Source: Bacteroidota bacterium
Lineage (GTDB): Bacteria; Bacteroidota; Ignavibacteria; UBA10030
DNA: 64,000 nt
NCBI GenBank assembly: GCA_050013655.1
Contig: JBEKEV010000012.1
Span: 6,533-70,532 of the forward strand
Reading direction: 5' to 3'
Part shown: positions 1-10,728 of the stretch, one piece after another
Layout: each line of letters begins with the position of its first letter
Numbering within the stretch: position 1 is the stretch's first letter
The notes under the pieces: generated by a model
What the model saw: only the letters and a program-made list of their open reading frames with translations
Databases searched by the model: none
What the model was told of the DNA's origin: nothing
Position numbers and translations under genes: made by a program

Positions 1-518
1 CGAATAATATCACCTTCGTTTATGAAGAGGGGTACGTTCACCGCAGCGCCGGTTTCAACAGTGGCGGGTTTTTGCGCTCCAGTAGCCGTATCACCTTTCA
101 CACCGGGAACAGTTTCAATAATTTTCAATTCCACATTTTGCGGAATTTCTGCTCCAACAATATCCATCCCCACCATTTGAAGCTGAACGATTTCACCCTC
201 CTTCAGGAATTGTGCGCCTTTACCTAAAGCTATTTCATCTACCGGCATCTGTTCATAGCTCTGTTTATCCATAAATTGATAACTCGAACCGTCATGGAAG
301 AGATATTGGAATTCTTTTTGCTCTACACGCACTTCTTCCACCTCTTCGCCAGACCGAAAACGGGTTTCTGTTACACGCCCGCTCTTGAGACCGCGAAGTT
401 TTGCCTGGACAAAGGCGCGTAGATTTCCCGGCGTGCGATGTATATATTCTTCAATCCGATGTAATTCTCCATTAAACCGAATAACCATACCAACACGAAA
501 ATCAGCAGTTGATGCCAT
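1..518 (-). CDS. efp: elongation factor P (3' end runs off the window)
   Basis: Not in the ORF track. Manual translation from ATG at 518 gives MASTADFRVGMVIRFNGELHRIEEYIHRTPGNLRAFVQAKLRGLKSGR...PGVKGDTATGAQKPATVETGAAVNVPLFINEGDII, with the EF-P C-terminal signature. Confidence 0.97.
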   Translation of the reverse strand, partial: MASTADFRVGMVIRFNGELHRIEEYIHRTPGNLRAFVQAKLRGLKSGRVTETRFRSGEEVEEVRVEQKEFQYLFHDGSSYQFMDKQSYEQMPVDEIALGKGAQFLKEGEIVQLQMVGMDIVGAEIPQNVELKIIETVPGVKGDTATGAQKPATVETGAAVNVPLFINEGDII

Positions 519-582
519 TTATTGCCTCAAAATCTTCCATTCTTGATAAAAAACAGTGTGTTTTCTTCAATTTTGCGTGCAA

Positions 583-611
583 AAGATAAACAAACTTGAC
601 AGCAAAGTCAA
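583..611 (-). promoter_or_regulatory. sigma70-type promoter for efp
   Basis: Minus strand reads TTGACT-N17-TATCTT about 65 nt upstream of the efp ATG. Confidence 0.6.
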
Positions 612-906
612 GAAACACCCAATTCTAAATACGAGAGGGAATCAAACGGCATTTTTCAAATTCGATTAGAAAAGCTCCAATCCTCTGCAATTTTCCCTTT
701 TCCAACAGCCTTTTTCATCAAGCCTTTGCCTCCTGACACCTACGATTTATCCCCAACACCCATCTCTAAATCTTTTCCTTTTTTATTGGCACATTTGCTG
801 TGTATATTCCATCTAGAAGAAAAGGTGAAAAACCGATTATACTAAGAATGTGCTAATACCGACATTCTTAAAACAGATTAAAATTATAAATAAAGAAGAA
901 ATCTGA

Positions 907-2004
907 ATGGCAAAACGAATATTGTGTATTGAAGACGATCCTCAAATGCGCTTAATCGTTCAGATGGCACTTGAAACCGTCGGCTATGAAATGGAAGAAG
1001 CAGCAGATGGAAAACAAGGGCTAGATCGTGCGATGGAGACTGCGCCTGATCTCATTCTCTGTGATATCAATATGCCGGGGATGAATGGTTTTGAAACATT
1101 GGAAGAACTGCGAAAGCACAAATCGACCTCATATATTCCTTTTATCTTCATGACAGGGGAAAGCCCCCGCAAATATCTGCGCAAAGGAATGAATCTCGGT
1201 GCCAATGATTTCATTATGAAACCCATTGACATGGCGGATCTTATCAAAGCGGTACAGATACGCTTACAAGAAGTCGACCGAAATAAAGAAGAGAAACAAA
1301 AAGCAGTCGCTGATCTCAGTGAGAGCATTACTCGCGCGCTGCCACATGAACTACGAACACCGATGACGGGTATACTGGGACTGGCTGAACTTCTGAAAGT
1401 CCAAGCCGACGAAATGACCCCGAGTGATGTAAAGGATCTTGCGGAGTTATTATTCACTTCGGCTGTAAGGATGAACCAAACATTGGAGAAGTTTTGGATT
1501 CACACGCAATGCTTGCTTCTCCCAAATGACAATGCAAAACTGTCTGCTTCGCGTCAAACTGGCACCAAAAATGCCGATCTCATTATCGGACGTATTGCCA
1601 AGGAATTGGCGCTCTCTCATAAGCGTTCTGCCGATCTTACCCTCAATCTCGCTCCTTTGTCTGTTGCAATTTCTGAAAGATATTTCGAACAAGCAGTGAG
1701 TCAGATAATTGAAAACGCATTTAAGTTTTCCACAGATGGAACAAGCGTGAGCATCTCTACAGAAGTCAAGAATATAGTAGGTCTTATCTCCGTGGAAGAC
1801 CGCGGTCGCGGGATGTCCGAAGATCAAATACAAAAAATTCATGCCTTTATGCAATTTGATCGTGAACGACACGAACAACAAGGATTAGGATTGGGATTGA
1901 TGATCGCAAAACGTTTACTAAAAATTCACGATGGAAAACTAGAGATAACAAGCGGATTAGGACAAGGAACTACATTGGCAATCACCCTGCCTCTCTTGAG
2001 ATAA
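907..2004 (+). CDS. hybrid response regulator/histidine kinase (REC-HisKA-HATPase), no sensor domain
   Basis: REC motifs IEDD, LCDINMP and FIMKP; H-box LPHELRTPM; N-box ENAFKFS; G boxes DRGRGM and GLGLGL. Confidence 0.93.
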   Translation: MAKRILCIEDDPQMRLIVQMALETVGYEMEEAADGKQGLDRAMETAPDLILCDINMPGMNGFETLEELRKHKSTSYIPFIFMTGESPRKYLRKGMNLGANDFIMKPIDMADLIKAVQIRLQEVDRNKEEKQKAVADLSESITRALPHELRTPMTGILGLAELLKVQADEMTPSDVKDLAELLFTSAVRMNQTLEKFWIHTQCLLLPNDNAKLSASRQTGTKNADLIIGRIAKELALSHKRSADLTLNLAPLSVAISERYFEQAVSQIIENAFKFSTDGTSVSISTEVKNIVGLISVEDRGRGMSEDQIQKIHAFMQFDRERHEQQGLGLGLMIAKRLLKIHDGKLEITSGLGQGTTLAITLPLLR

Positions 2005-2110
2005 TAGTAAACGTAACTTTTTGTTTCCTCCTGATCTCATGAACAGAAAGACAACCCTTCGTTGAATGTTCAAGCACATCCGGTGAGGTATTACCATCTC
2101 AAGAATTGAA

Positions 2111-3616
2111 TTAAGACAATCCTCCTGAGTTTTCCGAACTGGAGGATGGTATAAATATCCTATGGATAATCCTTTTTACTTCTGTAATCTCCTTTGCATC
2201 AATTACCTTCGTTATGAGCAGTGTAACTCCGAACACACCAATAAGAACAATTTTCAGGACGTTACCGATGATTGAAAGCGGCTCCGGATGAAAGAGCAAG
2301 AAGACTGTGAATAACACCATCGCTGATCCGGCAATCTTTATCACCTTCTCCCATTCATACTCAACACGATAAAACCGTTGAGAAGCGAAGTATATTCCTA
2401 CAGCCATAACGATATAACTCAGCAATGTGGAAAGTGCCGCGCCAAGAATTCCAATCATAGGAATTAAAACAAAGTTAGCGCCAACATTCAACAAGGCTCC
2501 CGCACCGGTAACCAACGGGAGGTATTTCGTCTTTTTTTCCAAATAGATACCGACAACAAATACCACATATGCGCCGGTGAATACATATGCCAATAACACC
2601 CAAGGAACAATTTCCACACCCTTCCAGTAGACAGGCGGAAAGAATTGTTTCCCGAAGAATTTCATCCGAATGATATCTTCGATAAAGAATGACACTGTAA
2701 GGAAAATGGTCATTGCCCCCAAGATAAAGTAGGTGAATACTTTTGCAAAGAGAGGTTTCGCATCAGGATCTTTCGCGTGATTGAGAAAAAACGGCCGCCA
2801 TGCATAGTCGAACATGCCAACGATGAGCATCATGAAGATACCGAGACGATAATTGAGTTGATAAATGCCGAGTGTTGCATCATTCGTCAGCGCTTTGACA
2901 ATTGGCCTATCGATCACTTGCATTGCAATCCCGGCAAGCCCGGCAGGAATATAGGGAATGCCGAACTTAAGAAGTTCTTTATACAACGAAGCAGGAAATT
3001 TGAATGTCAACTGCCGAAGAATCATCCCCACCATCGCAAGGAATGTGAGACCGGATGCCAGCAGATTTGCAAGCAAGACTCCCTCTGCATGCATCCCCAA
3101 ACCGAGAATCAGGAGGAGGTTGAGGAGAAGATTGCATGCAATATTGAAGAGCTTTAATAAAGCAAATCGTTTTGCCTTTTGTTCCATACGCAGCGAAGCA
3201 AACGGTATGACAGTCAACGCATCAAAGCAAAGAATCCACCCCGCATATTGGATAAATCGATAGTGCGACGGTTCCATACCAAGCAAGGAAGCAAGCGAAG
3301 AAGAGTTAAAATGAATTGCCAGCGCAAAGAAAACCGACGTTAACAGAAGCGATAGAAACGGAACGCTGAAATTCTGTTTCTTGTTGCCAAGTTCGAGGGA
3401 TGAAACGAACCGCATATATGCCGGTTCCATCCCGTAAGAAAAGAGGATGAATGCAAACGCGATGTAAGCATAGATATTTGAAATAACACCATTTTCTGCC
3501 GGCAAGAGAAAATTCGCATAGAACGGAACAATGAGGAAGTTTAACATTCTGCCAACAATGGTACTGAGACCATAGATAGCTGTTTCTTTCCCGAGACGAA
3601 GAATTTTTTCTAGCAT
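2111..3616 (-). CDS. polysaccharide flippase (Wzx/MOP family)
   Basis: About 12-14 hydrophobic segments; N-terminus LGKETAIYGLSTIVGRMLNF is typical of FCB-group flippases. Confidence 0.88.
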   Translation of the reverse strand: MLEKILRLGKETAIYGLSTIVGRMLNFLIVPFYANFLLPAENGVISNIYAYIAFAFILFSYGMEPAYMRFVSSLELGNKKQNFSVPFLSLLLTSVFFALAIHFNSSSLASLLGMEPSHYRFIQYAGWILCFDALTVIPFASLRMEQKAKRFALLKLFNIACNLLLNLLLILGLGMHAEGVLLANLLASGLTFLAMVGMILRQLTFKFPASLYKELLKFGIPYIPAGLAGIAMQVIDRPIVKALTNDATLGIYQLNYRLGIFMMLIVGMFDYAWRPFFLNHAKDPDAKPLFAKVFTYFILGAMTIFLTVSFFIEDIIRMKFFGKQFFPPVYWKGVEIVPWVLLAYVFTGAYVVFVVGIYLEKKTKYLPLVTGAGALLNVGANFVLIPMIGILGAALSTLLSYIVMAVGIYFASQRFYRVEYEWEKVIKIAGSAMVLFTVFLLFHPEPLSIIGNVLKIVLIGVFGVTLLITKVIDAKEITEVKRIIHRIFIPSSSSENSGGLS

Positions 3617-3653
3617 AATCGATGGGTGATAGACAAATCTTGTCGCATCGATT

Positions 3654-4091
3654 TCAATTGTGCCTTGTGGAATCGATGGAAGGAGTCATCGCCTTCTCCA
3701 AGATTTGAACGAAATATGACGGCGCGCGCGTCGGCTTACCTGTCGAAGTGTTGAGAAAACTGTGAACAGTATACCCTTCTACGAGCGAATTTTTCTCGTC
3801 TCCACGGCATATTCGATATTCTATCTTGAGAGTTGCTTGAGGTATTTCAGTGACAAAAGACTCGACCAAAAGAAGTTCATCGTATCGGGCAGGCTTTCGA
3901 TATTTCGCATATACCTCAACGACCGGCAGAAGAATACCGCGAGATTCGAGTTCTGAGTATGGCATTCCAAGAGAACGAATAAGAGCAGAGCGTCCAACTT
4001 CAAAGTACTCAAGATACTTACCGTGATAGACAACTTTCATTTGATCCGTATCTGCGTACCGCACTCGAATTTCTGCTTTATGACGAACCAT
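3654..4091 (-). CDS. acyl-CoA thioesterase, YbgC/FadM (4HBT hotdog) family
   Basis: RVRYADTDQMKVVYHGKYLEYFEVGR motif. Confidence 0.92.
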   Translation of the reverse strand: MVRHKAEIRVRYADTDQMKVVYHGKYLEYFEVGRSALIRSLGMPYSELESRGILLPVVEVYAKYRKPARYDELLLVESFVTEIPQATLKIEYRICRGDEKNSLVEGYTVHSFLNTSTGKPTRAPSYFVQILEKAMTPSIDSTRHN

Positions 4092-4178
4092 CTCCCCTTT
4101 GCCTTTTTTTTTATTTCTGTCTTATAACGAATAGTTTATCATCTTTAATCGAAAATTTCAAATTCTCAATTTCTTCCT

Positions 4179-5138
4179 CTACCGCTCTTTCCATGCACCC
4201 ATCTTCGAAAACTTTTCTACACGAAGTTCTACCAATCGATCGGGTTTGATTTTCTTCAACGCCTTCAATTCTTCCAGCAATGTGTCTTTAAGGGTTTGTG
4301 CCATAATTTGCAAATTCCGGTGTGCGCCTCCCATCGGCTCTGGAATAATCCGATCAATAACTCCTTGCTCAAGCAAATCAGGTGCAGTGAGCTTTAGTGC
4401 TTCAGCCGCTTGTTCTTTGTATTCCCAATTACGCCAGAGAATACTGGAACATGACTCTGGCGAAATGACAGAGTACCAAGCGTTTTCAAACATTAAAATG
4501 CGATCCCCAACTCCAATACCCAACGCACCACCGGAAGCTCCTTCACCAATAATAACAATGATGATAGGCACGGGAAGATGAGACATCTCAAATAGGTTGC
4601 GCGCAATTGCTTCTCCTTGACCGCGCTCCTCGGCTCCGATGCCAGGATAGGCACCGGGTGTGTCAAGCAGACAAATAATCGGCCTCTGGAATTTCACTGC
4701 CAGCTGCATTAACCGAAGTGCCTTCCGATATCCCTCGGGATTGGGCATACCAAAATTTCTGTAGATGTTGGACCGTGTGTCTCTTCCCTTTTGGTGTCCT
4801 ACAATGAGTACTGTTTCCTTATTTATAGTACAAAAACCTGCAACGATCGCTTTGTCGTCCCCAAATCGACGATCACCATGCAACTCAATAAAATCTTCCG
4901 TTATCAGTGGAATATAGTCCAGCGTGTAAGGTCGATCCGGATGACGGGCAAGTTGAACGCGCTGCCAGCGAGTCAAATTGTTATAAACATTCTCGCGAAG
5001 TTGATCCACTTTATTTTCGAGCGTCGCAATTTCATCCGCGATGTCAAGATTGTCAGCATACTTCCGCATCTCCACAATCTTCTGTTCAAGCTCGATGATG
5101 GGCCGCTCAAAATCCAGCGTCACTTTTGCCATGGACAA
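4179..5138 (-). CDS. accA: acetyl-CoA carboxylase carboxyltransferase alpha subunit
   Basis: [31 protein letters not shown] and GEGASGGAL motifs. The start may be the ATG at 5132, after AAGGAG. Confidence 0.98.
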   Translation of the reverse strand: MSMAKVTLDFERPIIELEQKIVEMRKYADNLDIADEIATLENKVDQLRENVYNNLTRWQRVQLARHPDRPYTLDYIPLITEDFIELHGDRRFGDDKAIVAGFCTINKETVLIVGHQKGRDTRSNIYRNFGMPNPEGYRKALRLMQLAVKFQRPIICLLDTPGAYPGIGAEERGQGEAIARNLFEMSHLPVPIIIVIIGEGASGGALGIGVGDRILMFENAWYSVISPESCSSILWRNWEYKEQAAEALKLTAPDLLEQGVIDRIIPEPMGGAHRNLQIMAQTLKDTLLEELKALKKIKPDRLVELRVEKFSKMGAWKER

Positions 5139-5148
5139 TATCTCCTTG

Positions 5149-7233
5149 TCATACTCTCATTTTCTCTTTGCTTTTTTTTCGCCAATCGCGAAATCGCAAC
5201 CAAGTCTTGATCAAAATCTCCAGATCAAGAAGAACACTCTGATTACGTGCATAATAGAGATAGTATTGATTCATTTCATCGTCCGATAATGTTCCATCTT
5301 GCTGAAGCTGTACCAAACCACAGAGACCTGGTTTCCCAAGAAATAAAGATTCGCTCGTGGGTTTCTCCGCTCGCTGGTCGCTGAGAGGCGGACCAACAAG
5401 ACTCATCCTTCCGCCGAAAACATGCGATAATCCGACAAGGAAACCGTTCGATTCCGCTCCTTCTTTTGCAGCAGACAATCGAAAAATAGGATAAACCGTT
5501 ATCAAGAGCAATCCCGAAAATACGAGATCAAATACTCTTTTTGTGAAGCGATGAAACGGTTTGTCAATGTTATAGGCGATCTGGACAAGCGGCAGATTTT
5601 CAAGACTATCCACACTCGCTTTTCCTACAATCACTTCCATGGTCGTCGGAACAAGGTGGAAAGCAACTGCCTGCTCGCGACTTTTGCCGATAACAGAGAG
5701 TATCTGCATGTAACTCAGTGCCTGCGGTGCAAAGATAACATCGCTAATTTTTTGTTTTTTGATGATCTTCCCGACATTATCGATGCTCCCAAGGACTTGC
5801 ACACCATTCAGCATTTCACCAATATGCTTGTGCGTGGTCCCTACAAACCCGACAATCTCGTATCCTTCACCAACTCTCGTTCGCAATTTCCTTTGTAGAC
5901 CAATTGCGTTTTTGTCAGTCCCAACAATGAGTGTTCGTTTGCCAAACAACGTTCCTCTGCCATGCGCCGTTGTTTTTCCAAGTAGCCGAAAAATCAATCG
6001 CCATCCAGGAATGAGAACCATCGCAAAAATCCCTGAGATTGCAACGATCATCCTGCTGAAGGCAAAATCCCTAAAGAACGCTGTGAGAGCAGAAATTAAA
6101 ATGTAAGCAAAGAATGTCGCCACAATGGAACGGGAGATGGACATACGGCGCTGAGTGTACACTCCTGCGGCGTATAAGCATCCAATGGCAATAACTGCTG
6201 GAATACTGAATACGACAGGATACGCATACGCGGGATAGTGGAATATTCTTCCTGTCCAAATTTCCTCTGCCATAAGAAGACTTATTGTTACTGCTGTGAA
6301 ATCGAGAATAGCTATTTTCAATGGCCGAAATATTGAATTCAAAAATGCGGCAAAGGAGACAAGCGCAATCGACATCCGCAGAACCATTGAGAACAAGAAA
6401 GAAGATCGGACGTGCTTTTCCACAAAAAGTCGCATCGCTTCATAGAACGTATGAATTTCGTCTATACTACTACGTCGTGTGCTCTCCCCTTTGTAATGGA
6501 TGATTTGTGTAGAGTGCACGTAGTAAATCTGCCAACCTGCCTGATGGATACGGTAGCACCAATCAAGATCCTCTCCGTACATAAAAAAGCTCTCATCTAA
6601 CCCACCAACCTGCTCGAGCGTTTCTTTCCGCACGATCATAAACGAGCCGCTCACAGCTTCAACCGGATTTGTTTCCTCAATACTCAGGTATGTAAGATTG
6701 TACTTTCCAAAGAGCTTTGTCTTTGGAAATAATTTGCTGAGACCGAATATCTTTGAGAATGCAACCCATGGAGTGGGAAAACTTCGCCGGCATGCAGGTT
6801 CAATGCTACCATCCGGATTAAGAATCTTGCATCCTGCAAGCCCGACTTCGGGATGGTTCTTTAAAAATTCAACCATCACTCGGATAGTATCTTCCTGCAC
6901 AATGGTATCGGGATTGATAAGAAGGAGGAATTTTCCGCGCGTCTGTTTGAGAGCAATATTATTAGCTTTGGCAAATCCGAAGTTAGTTGTATTTAAAATG
7001 AGCTTTACAGAAGGAAACTGTCGACGCACCATTTCAACGCTTCCGTCATCCGAAGCATTATCAACCACTACAATTTCCGAACGGATTCCCTTCAGAGCTT
7101 TTTGAATCGATACAAGCGCTTGATGAAGAAAATCGCAGACATTATAGTTAACGATGATAACCGAAACATCCAGCACACTTGCTCGCCGAAACGCTTTCGT
7201 GTGCAGGCGTAATTGTCTGCGTGATCCAGCCAT
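5149..7233 (-). CDS. GT2 glycosyltransferase fused to WcaJ-like membrane, Rossmann and degenerate sugar-transferase domains
   Basis: N-terminal GT2 ([25 protein letters not shown]), a TM bundle, a TLIVG Rossmann-like domain, and C-terminal KRVFD...MSLVGP...KPG...LDLEILIKT. The true start may be the GTG at 7176. Confidence 0.85.
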   Translation of the reverse strand: MAGSRRQLRLHTKAFRRASVLDVSVIIVNYNVCDFLHQALVSIQKALKGIRSEIVVVDNASDDGSVEMVRRQFPSVKLILNTTNFGFAKANNIALKQTRGKFLLLINPDTIVQEDTIRVMVEFLKNHPEVGLAGCKILNPDGSIEPACRRSFPTPWVAFSKIFGLSKLFPKTKLFGKYNLTYLSIEETNPVEAVSGSFMIVRKETLEQVGGLDESFFMYGEDLDWCYRIHQAGWQIYYVHSTQIIHYKGESTRRSSIDEIHTFYEAMRLFVEKHVRSSFLFSMVLRMSIALVSFAAFLNSIFRPLKIAILDFTAVTISLLMAEEIWTGRIFHYPAYAYPVVFSIPAVIAIGCLYAAGVYTQRRMSISRSIVATFFAYILISALTAFFRDFAFSRMIVAISGIFAMVLIPGWRLIFRLLGKTTAHGRGTLFGKRTLIVGTDKNAIGLQRKLRTRVGEGYEIVGFVGTTHKHIGEMLNGVQVLGSIDNVGKIIKKQKISDVIFAPQALSYMQILSVIGKSREQAVAFHLVPTTMEVIVGKASVDSLENLPLVQIAYNIDKPFHRFTKRVFDLVFSGLLLITVYPIFRLSAAKEGAESNGFLVGLSHVFGGRMSLVGPPLSDQRAEKPTSESLFLGKPGLCGLVQLQQDGTLSDDEMNQYYLYYARNQSVLLDLEILIKTWLRFRDWRKKSKEKMRV

Positions 7234-7237
7234 ACGT

Positions 7238-7960
7238 TCAGCGGCTTCCTTTTGAGAAGAAATGCCTAAACTTCAACCTCCATACCATCCACGCTGCTTC
7301 ATAGACGATATGTTTCGACATTTTTGAAACACCTGCTCGCCGATCGACAAAGACGATAGGAACTTCGCACACACGGAAACCTTTTTTCCACGCCATGAAG
7401 TTTGTCTCAATTTGAAAGCTGTAACCATTCGATGTAATGGCATCGAGATCTAAGCTCTCCAAAACGGCTCGGCGGTAGCATTTAAAACCGGCTGTTGCAT
7501 CTCGCACCGGTAGACCGGTCACGAATCGTGTGTACATATTTGCGGCATAGCTTAAGATCAATCGACTCATAGGCCAATTCACAACGTTCACACCTGAAAT
7601 GTACCTCGAACCGATAACGAGATCGCATTCCTCTGTCATCGCAAGAAGTTTTAACAGCGATTTTGGATCATGCGAGAAATCAGCATCCATCTCAAAGGCA
7701 AAATCAAAATCATGGGAAAGAGCATATTTAAATCCTGCCACATACGCAGTTCCGAGACCTCGCTTACTCGGTCGTTCAAGGAGATGAATTCGTGAATTAC
7801 TCTTCTGCATCTCTTTAACCAAATTCGCCGTTCCATCCGGTGAATTATCGTCAACAATGAGCACATGAAATCCTTCATCCTGAGCCAGTACCTCAGGAAT
7901 AATCTTTAAAACATTGTCTGCTTCATTGTATGTCGGAATAATAACGAGTGAACGCTTCAT
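7238..7960 (-). CDS. polyprenol monophosphomannose synthase (DPM1-like GT2)
   Basis: IPTYNE, VDDNSPDGT, GLGTAY, EMDADFSHDP and GYSFQIE motifs. Confidence 0.92.
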   Translation of the reverse strand: MKRSLVIIPTYNEADNVLKIIPEVLAQDEGFHVLIVDDNSPDGTANLVKEMQKSNSRIHLLERPSKRGLGTAYVAGFKYALSHDFDFAFEMDADFSHDPKSLLKLLAMTEECDLVIGSRYISGVNVVNWPMSRLILSYAANMYTRFVTGLPVRDATAGFKCYRRAVLESLDLDAITSNGYSFQIETNFMAWKKGFRVCEVPIVFVDRRAGVSKMSKHIVYEAAWMVWRLKFRHFFSKGSR

Positions 7961-7972
7961 AGAATCACCGAA

Positions 7973-9079
7973 TTAATTCTTCATCGCTTCTACTACTGAT
8001 TGGACAATGTACTTCTGTTGTTCTTCATCAAGTTCCGTATGCATCGGCAGCGAGAGCACTTCATCCGCTGCTTTTTCGGTCACAGGAAATGTTCCTTTGG
8101 GTTTTCCTGCCGCGCTATATGCTTCCTGCAAATGCAGAGGAATGGGATAGTAAATACCATGAGGGACTTTCTCTTCGCTTAGAGCATGTGACACCTTATC
8201 TCGATTCTTCAATCGAATGGTATACTGATGAAATACATGTTTGCCATATGATGCTTCACATGGAACCTCAATACCTGAACCTGCGAACAAACGGTTATAC
8301 ACCGAAGCAGCTGAACGCCGCGCGTGAGTCCATTGGTCAAGGTACCGTAACTTTATTCGAAGTAAAGCAGCCTGCAGGGCATCTAACCTGCTGTTGACTC
8401 CGACAATTTCATGTTTATACCGTACACGCGAGCCGTGCACAACGATCATCCGCAATTTTTCAGCCAAAACCGCATCATTTGTCACTATCATACCGGCATC
8501 ACCAAAGGCTCCAAGATTTTTACTTGGGAAGAAACTGATACAGCCCATCGTCCCAATGCCGCCGACCTTTTTCCCTTTGTAATCTGCACCGATAGCCTGA
8601 CACATATCTTCTATGATTGGTATGCCGTGATGGTTTGCTACACGTACCAACGGGTCCATATCTACAGATTGTCCATAGAGGTGCACCGGAATAATTGCTT
8701 TTGTATTTTTTGTAATTACCTCTTCTATTTTTGAGGGATCCAGATTATATGTGGCAGGATCGATGTCAACATAGATTGGCTTTGCACCCAGCAAAACAAT
8801 CGTTTCTGTTGTTGCAGCGAATGTGAACGGCGTTGTTACTACTTCGTCTCCTGGTCCAATGCCAAGCGCCATCATCGCAACCATCAATGCATCGGTTCCG
8901 GACGCACATCCAACGGCATATTTCACACTGAGATATCGTGCAATTTCGTTCTCAAACTCGGACACTTCTCTACCGAGAATGTACTGACCGGATGCAATGA
9001 CTCTCAGGGCGGCTTCATCAATTTCTTTCTTAATCTTCTTATACTGACCTACGACATCAACCATATGTATGGGGTTCAC
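7973..9079 (-). CDS. DegT/DnrJ/EryC1/StrS sugar aminotransferase (WbpE/PorR-like)
   Basis: SGTDAL, PVHLYGQ, SFFPSKNLGAFGDAG (PLP lysine) and GVNSRLDALQAA motifs. Confidence 0.95.
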   Translation of the reverse strand: MNPIHMVDVVGQYKKIKKEIDEAALRVIASGQYILGREVSEFENEIARYLSVKYAVGCASGTDALMVAMMALGIGPGDEVVTTPFTFAATTETIVLLGAKPIYVDIDPATYNLDPSKIEEVITKNTKAIIPVHLYGQSVDMDPLVRVANHHGIPIIEDMCQAIGADYKGKKVGGIGTMGCISFFPSKNLGAFGDAGMIVTNDAVLAEKLRMIVVHGSRVRYKHEIVGVNSRLDALQAALLRIKLRYLDQWTHARRSAASVYNRLFAGSGIEVPCEASYGKHVFHQYTIRLKNRDKVSHALSEEKVPHGIYYPIPLHLQEAYSAAGKPKGTFPVTEKAADEVLSLPMHTELDEEQQKYIVQSVVEAMKN

Positions 9080-9224
9080 TGAATCACCTTTTAAGATACA
9101 TTTTTTTTAGACCTTCATGGTTCGGCAGTATACTTCCTGTTCAATTTAGTAAAATATTGACAGATATTTTTGATCTTTTCTCAAACTTCACATCATGCAG
9201 TTTACCGGACTCATTCTGTTTTAA

Positions 9225-10682
9225 TTATGCATGTCCTTTCCCGGCTATCATGACATAGAGAGTGTTAAAAAGAATTTTGAGGTCCATTCGCCATGAGAGA
9301 TTTTCAATATAGAAGAGATCGTACTTGATCTTAGCTCGCACGTCTTCCATATTCTCATCATATTTATGTTTCACCTGTGCCCAACCGGTAATACCGGGCC
9401 TTACGCGATGACGGTGATTATACAATGGAACTTCTTTCGTAATCTTGTCCACAAAGAACGGGCGTTCAGGCCGTGGCCCCACCAAACTCATATCACCTAT
9501 AAGCACGTTGACAAACTGCGGAAGTTCATCAAGGTGCGTCTTTCGAAGAAAGCGGCCAAGTCGTGTCACACGAGGATCGTTCTTCCCTGCCCAAACCGGA
9601 CCAGAATGTCTTTCTGCATCGGTCCACATAGAACGGAATTTAAGTATCTTAAAATGTCTTCCATTCCTGCCGACCCGCGTTTGACGATAGAGTACAGGTC
9701 CTCTTGAATCAACTTTGATGAGAAGAGCTATGAGCATCCACAACGGGAATCCGATGATAAGCACTGACAGTGAAAACAGGCAATCAAGTACTCGCTTTGC
9801 CGCCTCTTCCCATGGCTTCATCAATTGCGGGCGCACATCCATGAGCGGTAAACCATAGAGAGAACTGATCCGCGCCTGTCCGCTGACGATATCATATAAA
9901 TCAGGCATAATTTTCATTCCAATATCGACGGAATCGCATTGGCGCATGATATCTATCAATTGACTGTGTTCTGTTGTGTCGAGTCCAATCAGAACTTCAT
10001 GAATTGTATGTTTCTTAATAAGATGAGACACATCTTGAATTGAACCCAAGACAGGAATATTTTGATAAGTGTTTCTCTTTACCCGCTGTGTGCTGTCGAT
10101 CTTCGCTCCTGCTTTTACAAATCCTACAACTTTATATCCCAATGCTGGATACTTCAGAACCATATCGCACAGTTTAAAAGCTTTATCCGACCAACCAACG
10201 ATTATGGTATTCCGAAGCCCAACTCCGGCGACGAGCAACTTCCTTTGAACAAATCGCTGTATCAGCCTGCCGGAAATTACTAACGTAGTCAGAGCAATCC
10301 AGTACCCAAGGATCAGAAGACGCGATTGGACGATGGTTTCACTGGAAGTATCATCCAGGAAGATGAGAAAGAACAAAATCAAAGCGCCGACAATCGTTGA
10401 TCGAACAATCGTGAGGATTTCATCGATACGGGATTGTTCATACCACAAACGGTAGAGACCGAACAGACCAAACCAGATGAGCCAGTACACACAGATGAAC
10501 ATCATAGGCAGGAGAAGTTCAGGCTCGATACTGTACGGAATCCACCCGCTTCGTACACGGAAAACGTAGTACGCCAGATATGCCAGATTGATAGTGAGAA
10601 TATCGATCAGTATTGTAATAATATGTTGACGACGAGAATTCATTGCGTACTTATTTTTTAATGCAAAAGTCAACAGCCCCAT
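9225..10682 (-). CDS. initiating undecaprenyl-phosphate sugar phosphotransferase (WcaJ/WbaP-like)
   Basis: N-terminal TMs; intact [24 protein letters not shown] and PGITGWAQV motifs. The start may be at MNSRRQ. Confidence 0.95.
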   Translation of the reverse strand: MGLLTFALKNKYAMNSRRQHIITILIDILTINLAYLAYYVFRVRSGWIPYSIEPELLLPMMFICVYWLIWFGLFGLYRLWYEQSRIDEILTIVRSTIVGALILFFLIFLDDTSSETIVQSRLLILGYWIALTTLVISGRLIQRFVQRKLLVAGVGLRNTIIVGWSDKAFKLCDMVLKYPALGYKVVGFVKAGAKIDSTQRVKRNTYQNIPVLGSIQDVSHLIKKHTIHEVLIGLDTTEHSQLIDIMRQCDSVDIGMKIMPDLYDIVSGQARISSLYGLPLMDVRPQLMKPWEEAAKRVLDCLFSLSVLIIGFPLWMLIALLIKVDSRGPVLYRQTRVGRNGRHFKILKFRSMWTDAERHSGPVWAGKNDPRVTRLGRFLRKTHLDELPQFVNVLIGDMSLVGPRPERPFFVDKITKEVPLYNHRHRVRPGITGWAQVKHKYDENMEDVRAKIKYDLFYIENLSWRMDLKILFNTLYVMIAGKGHA

Positions 10683-10728
10683 AAGAGCAGCGTCATTGCT
10701 TTAGTTGCACACCAAACGCTTATAGAAG

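Noticed and set aside
787-802. TTGGCAC...TTGC as a sigma54 promoter for the hybrid kinase
   Set aside because: The spacing between the GG and GC elements is too short for the strict -24/-12 geometry.
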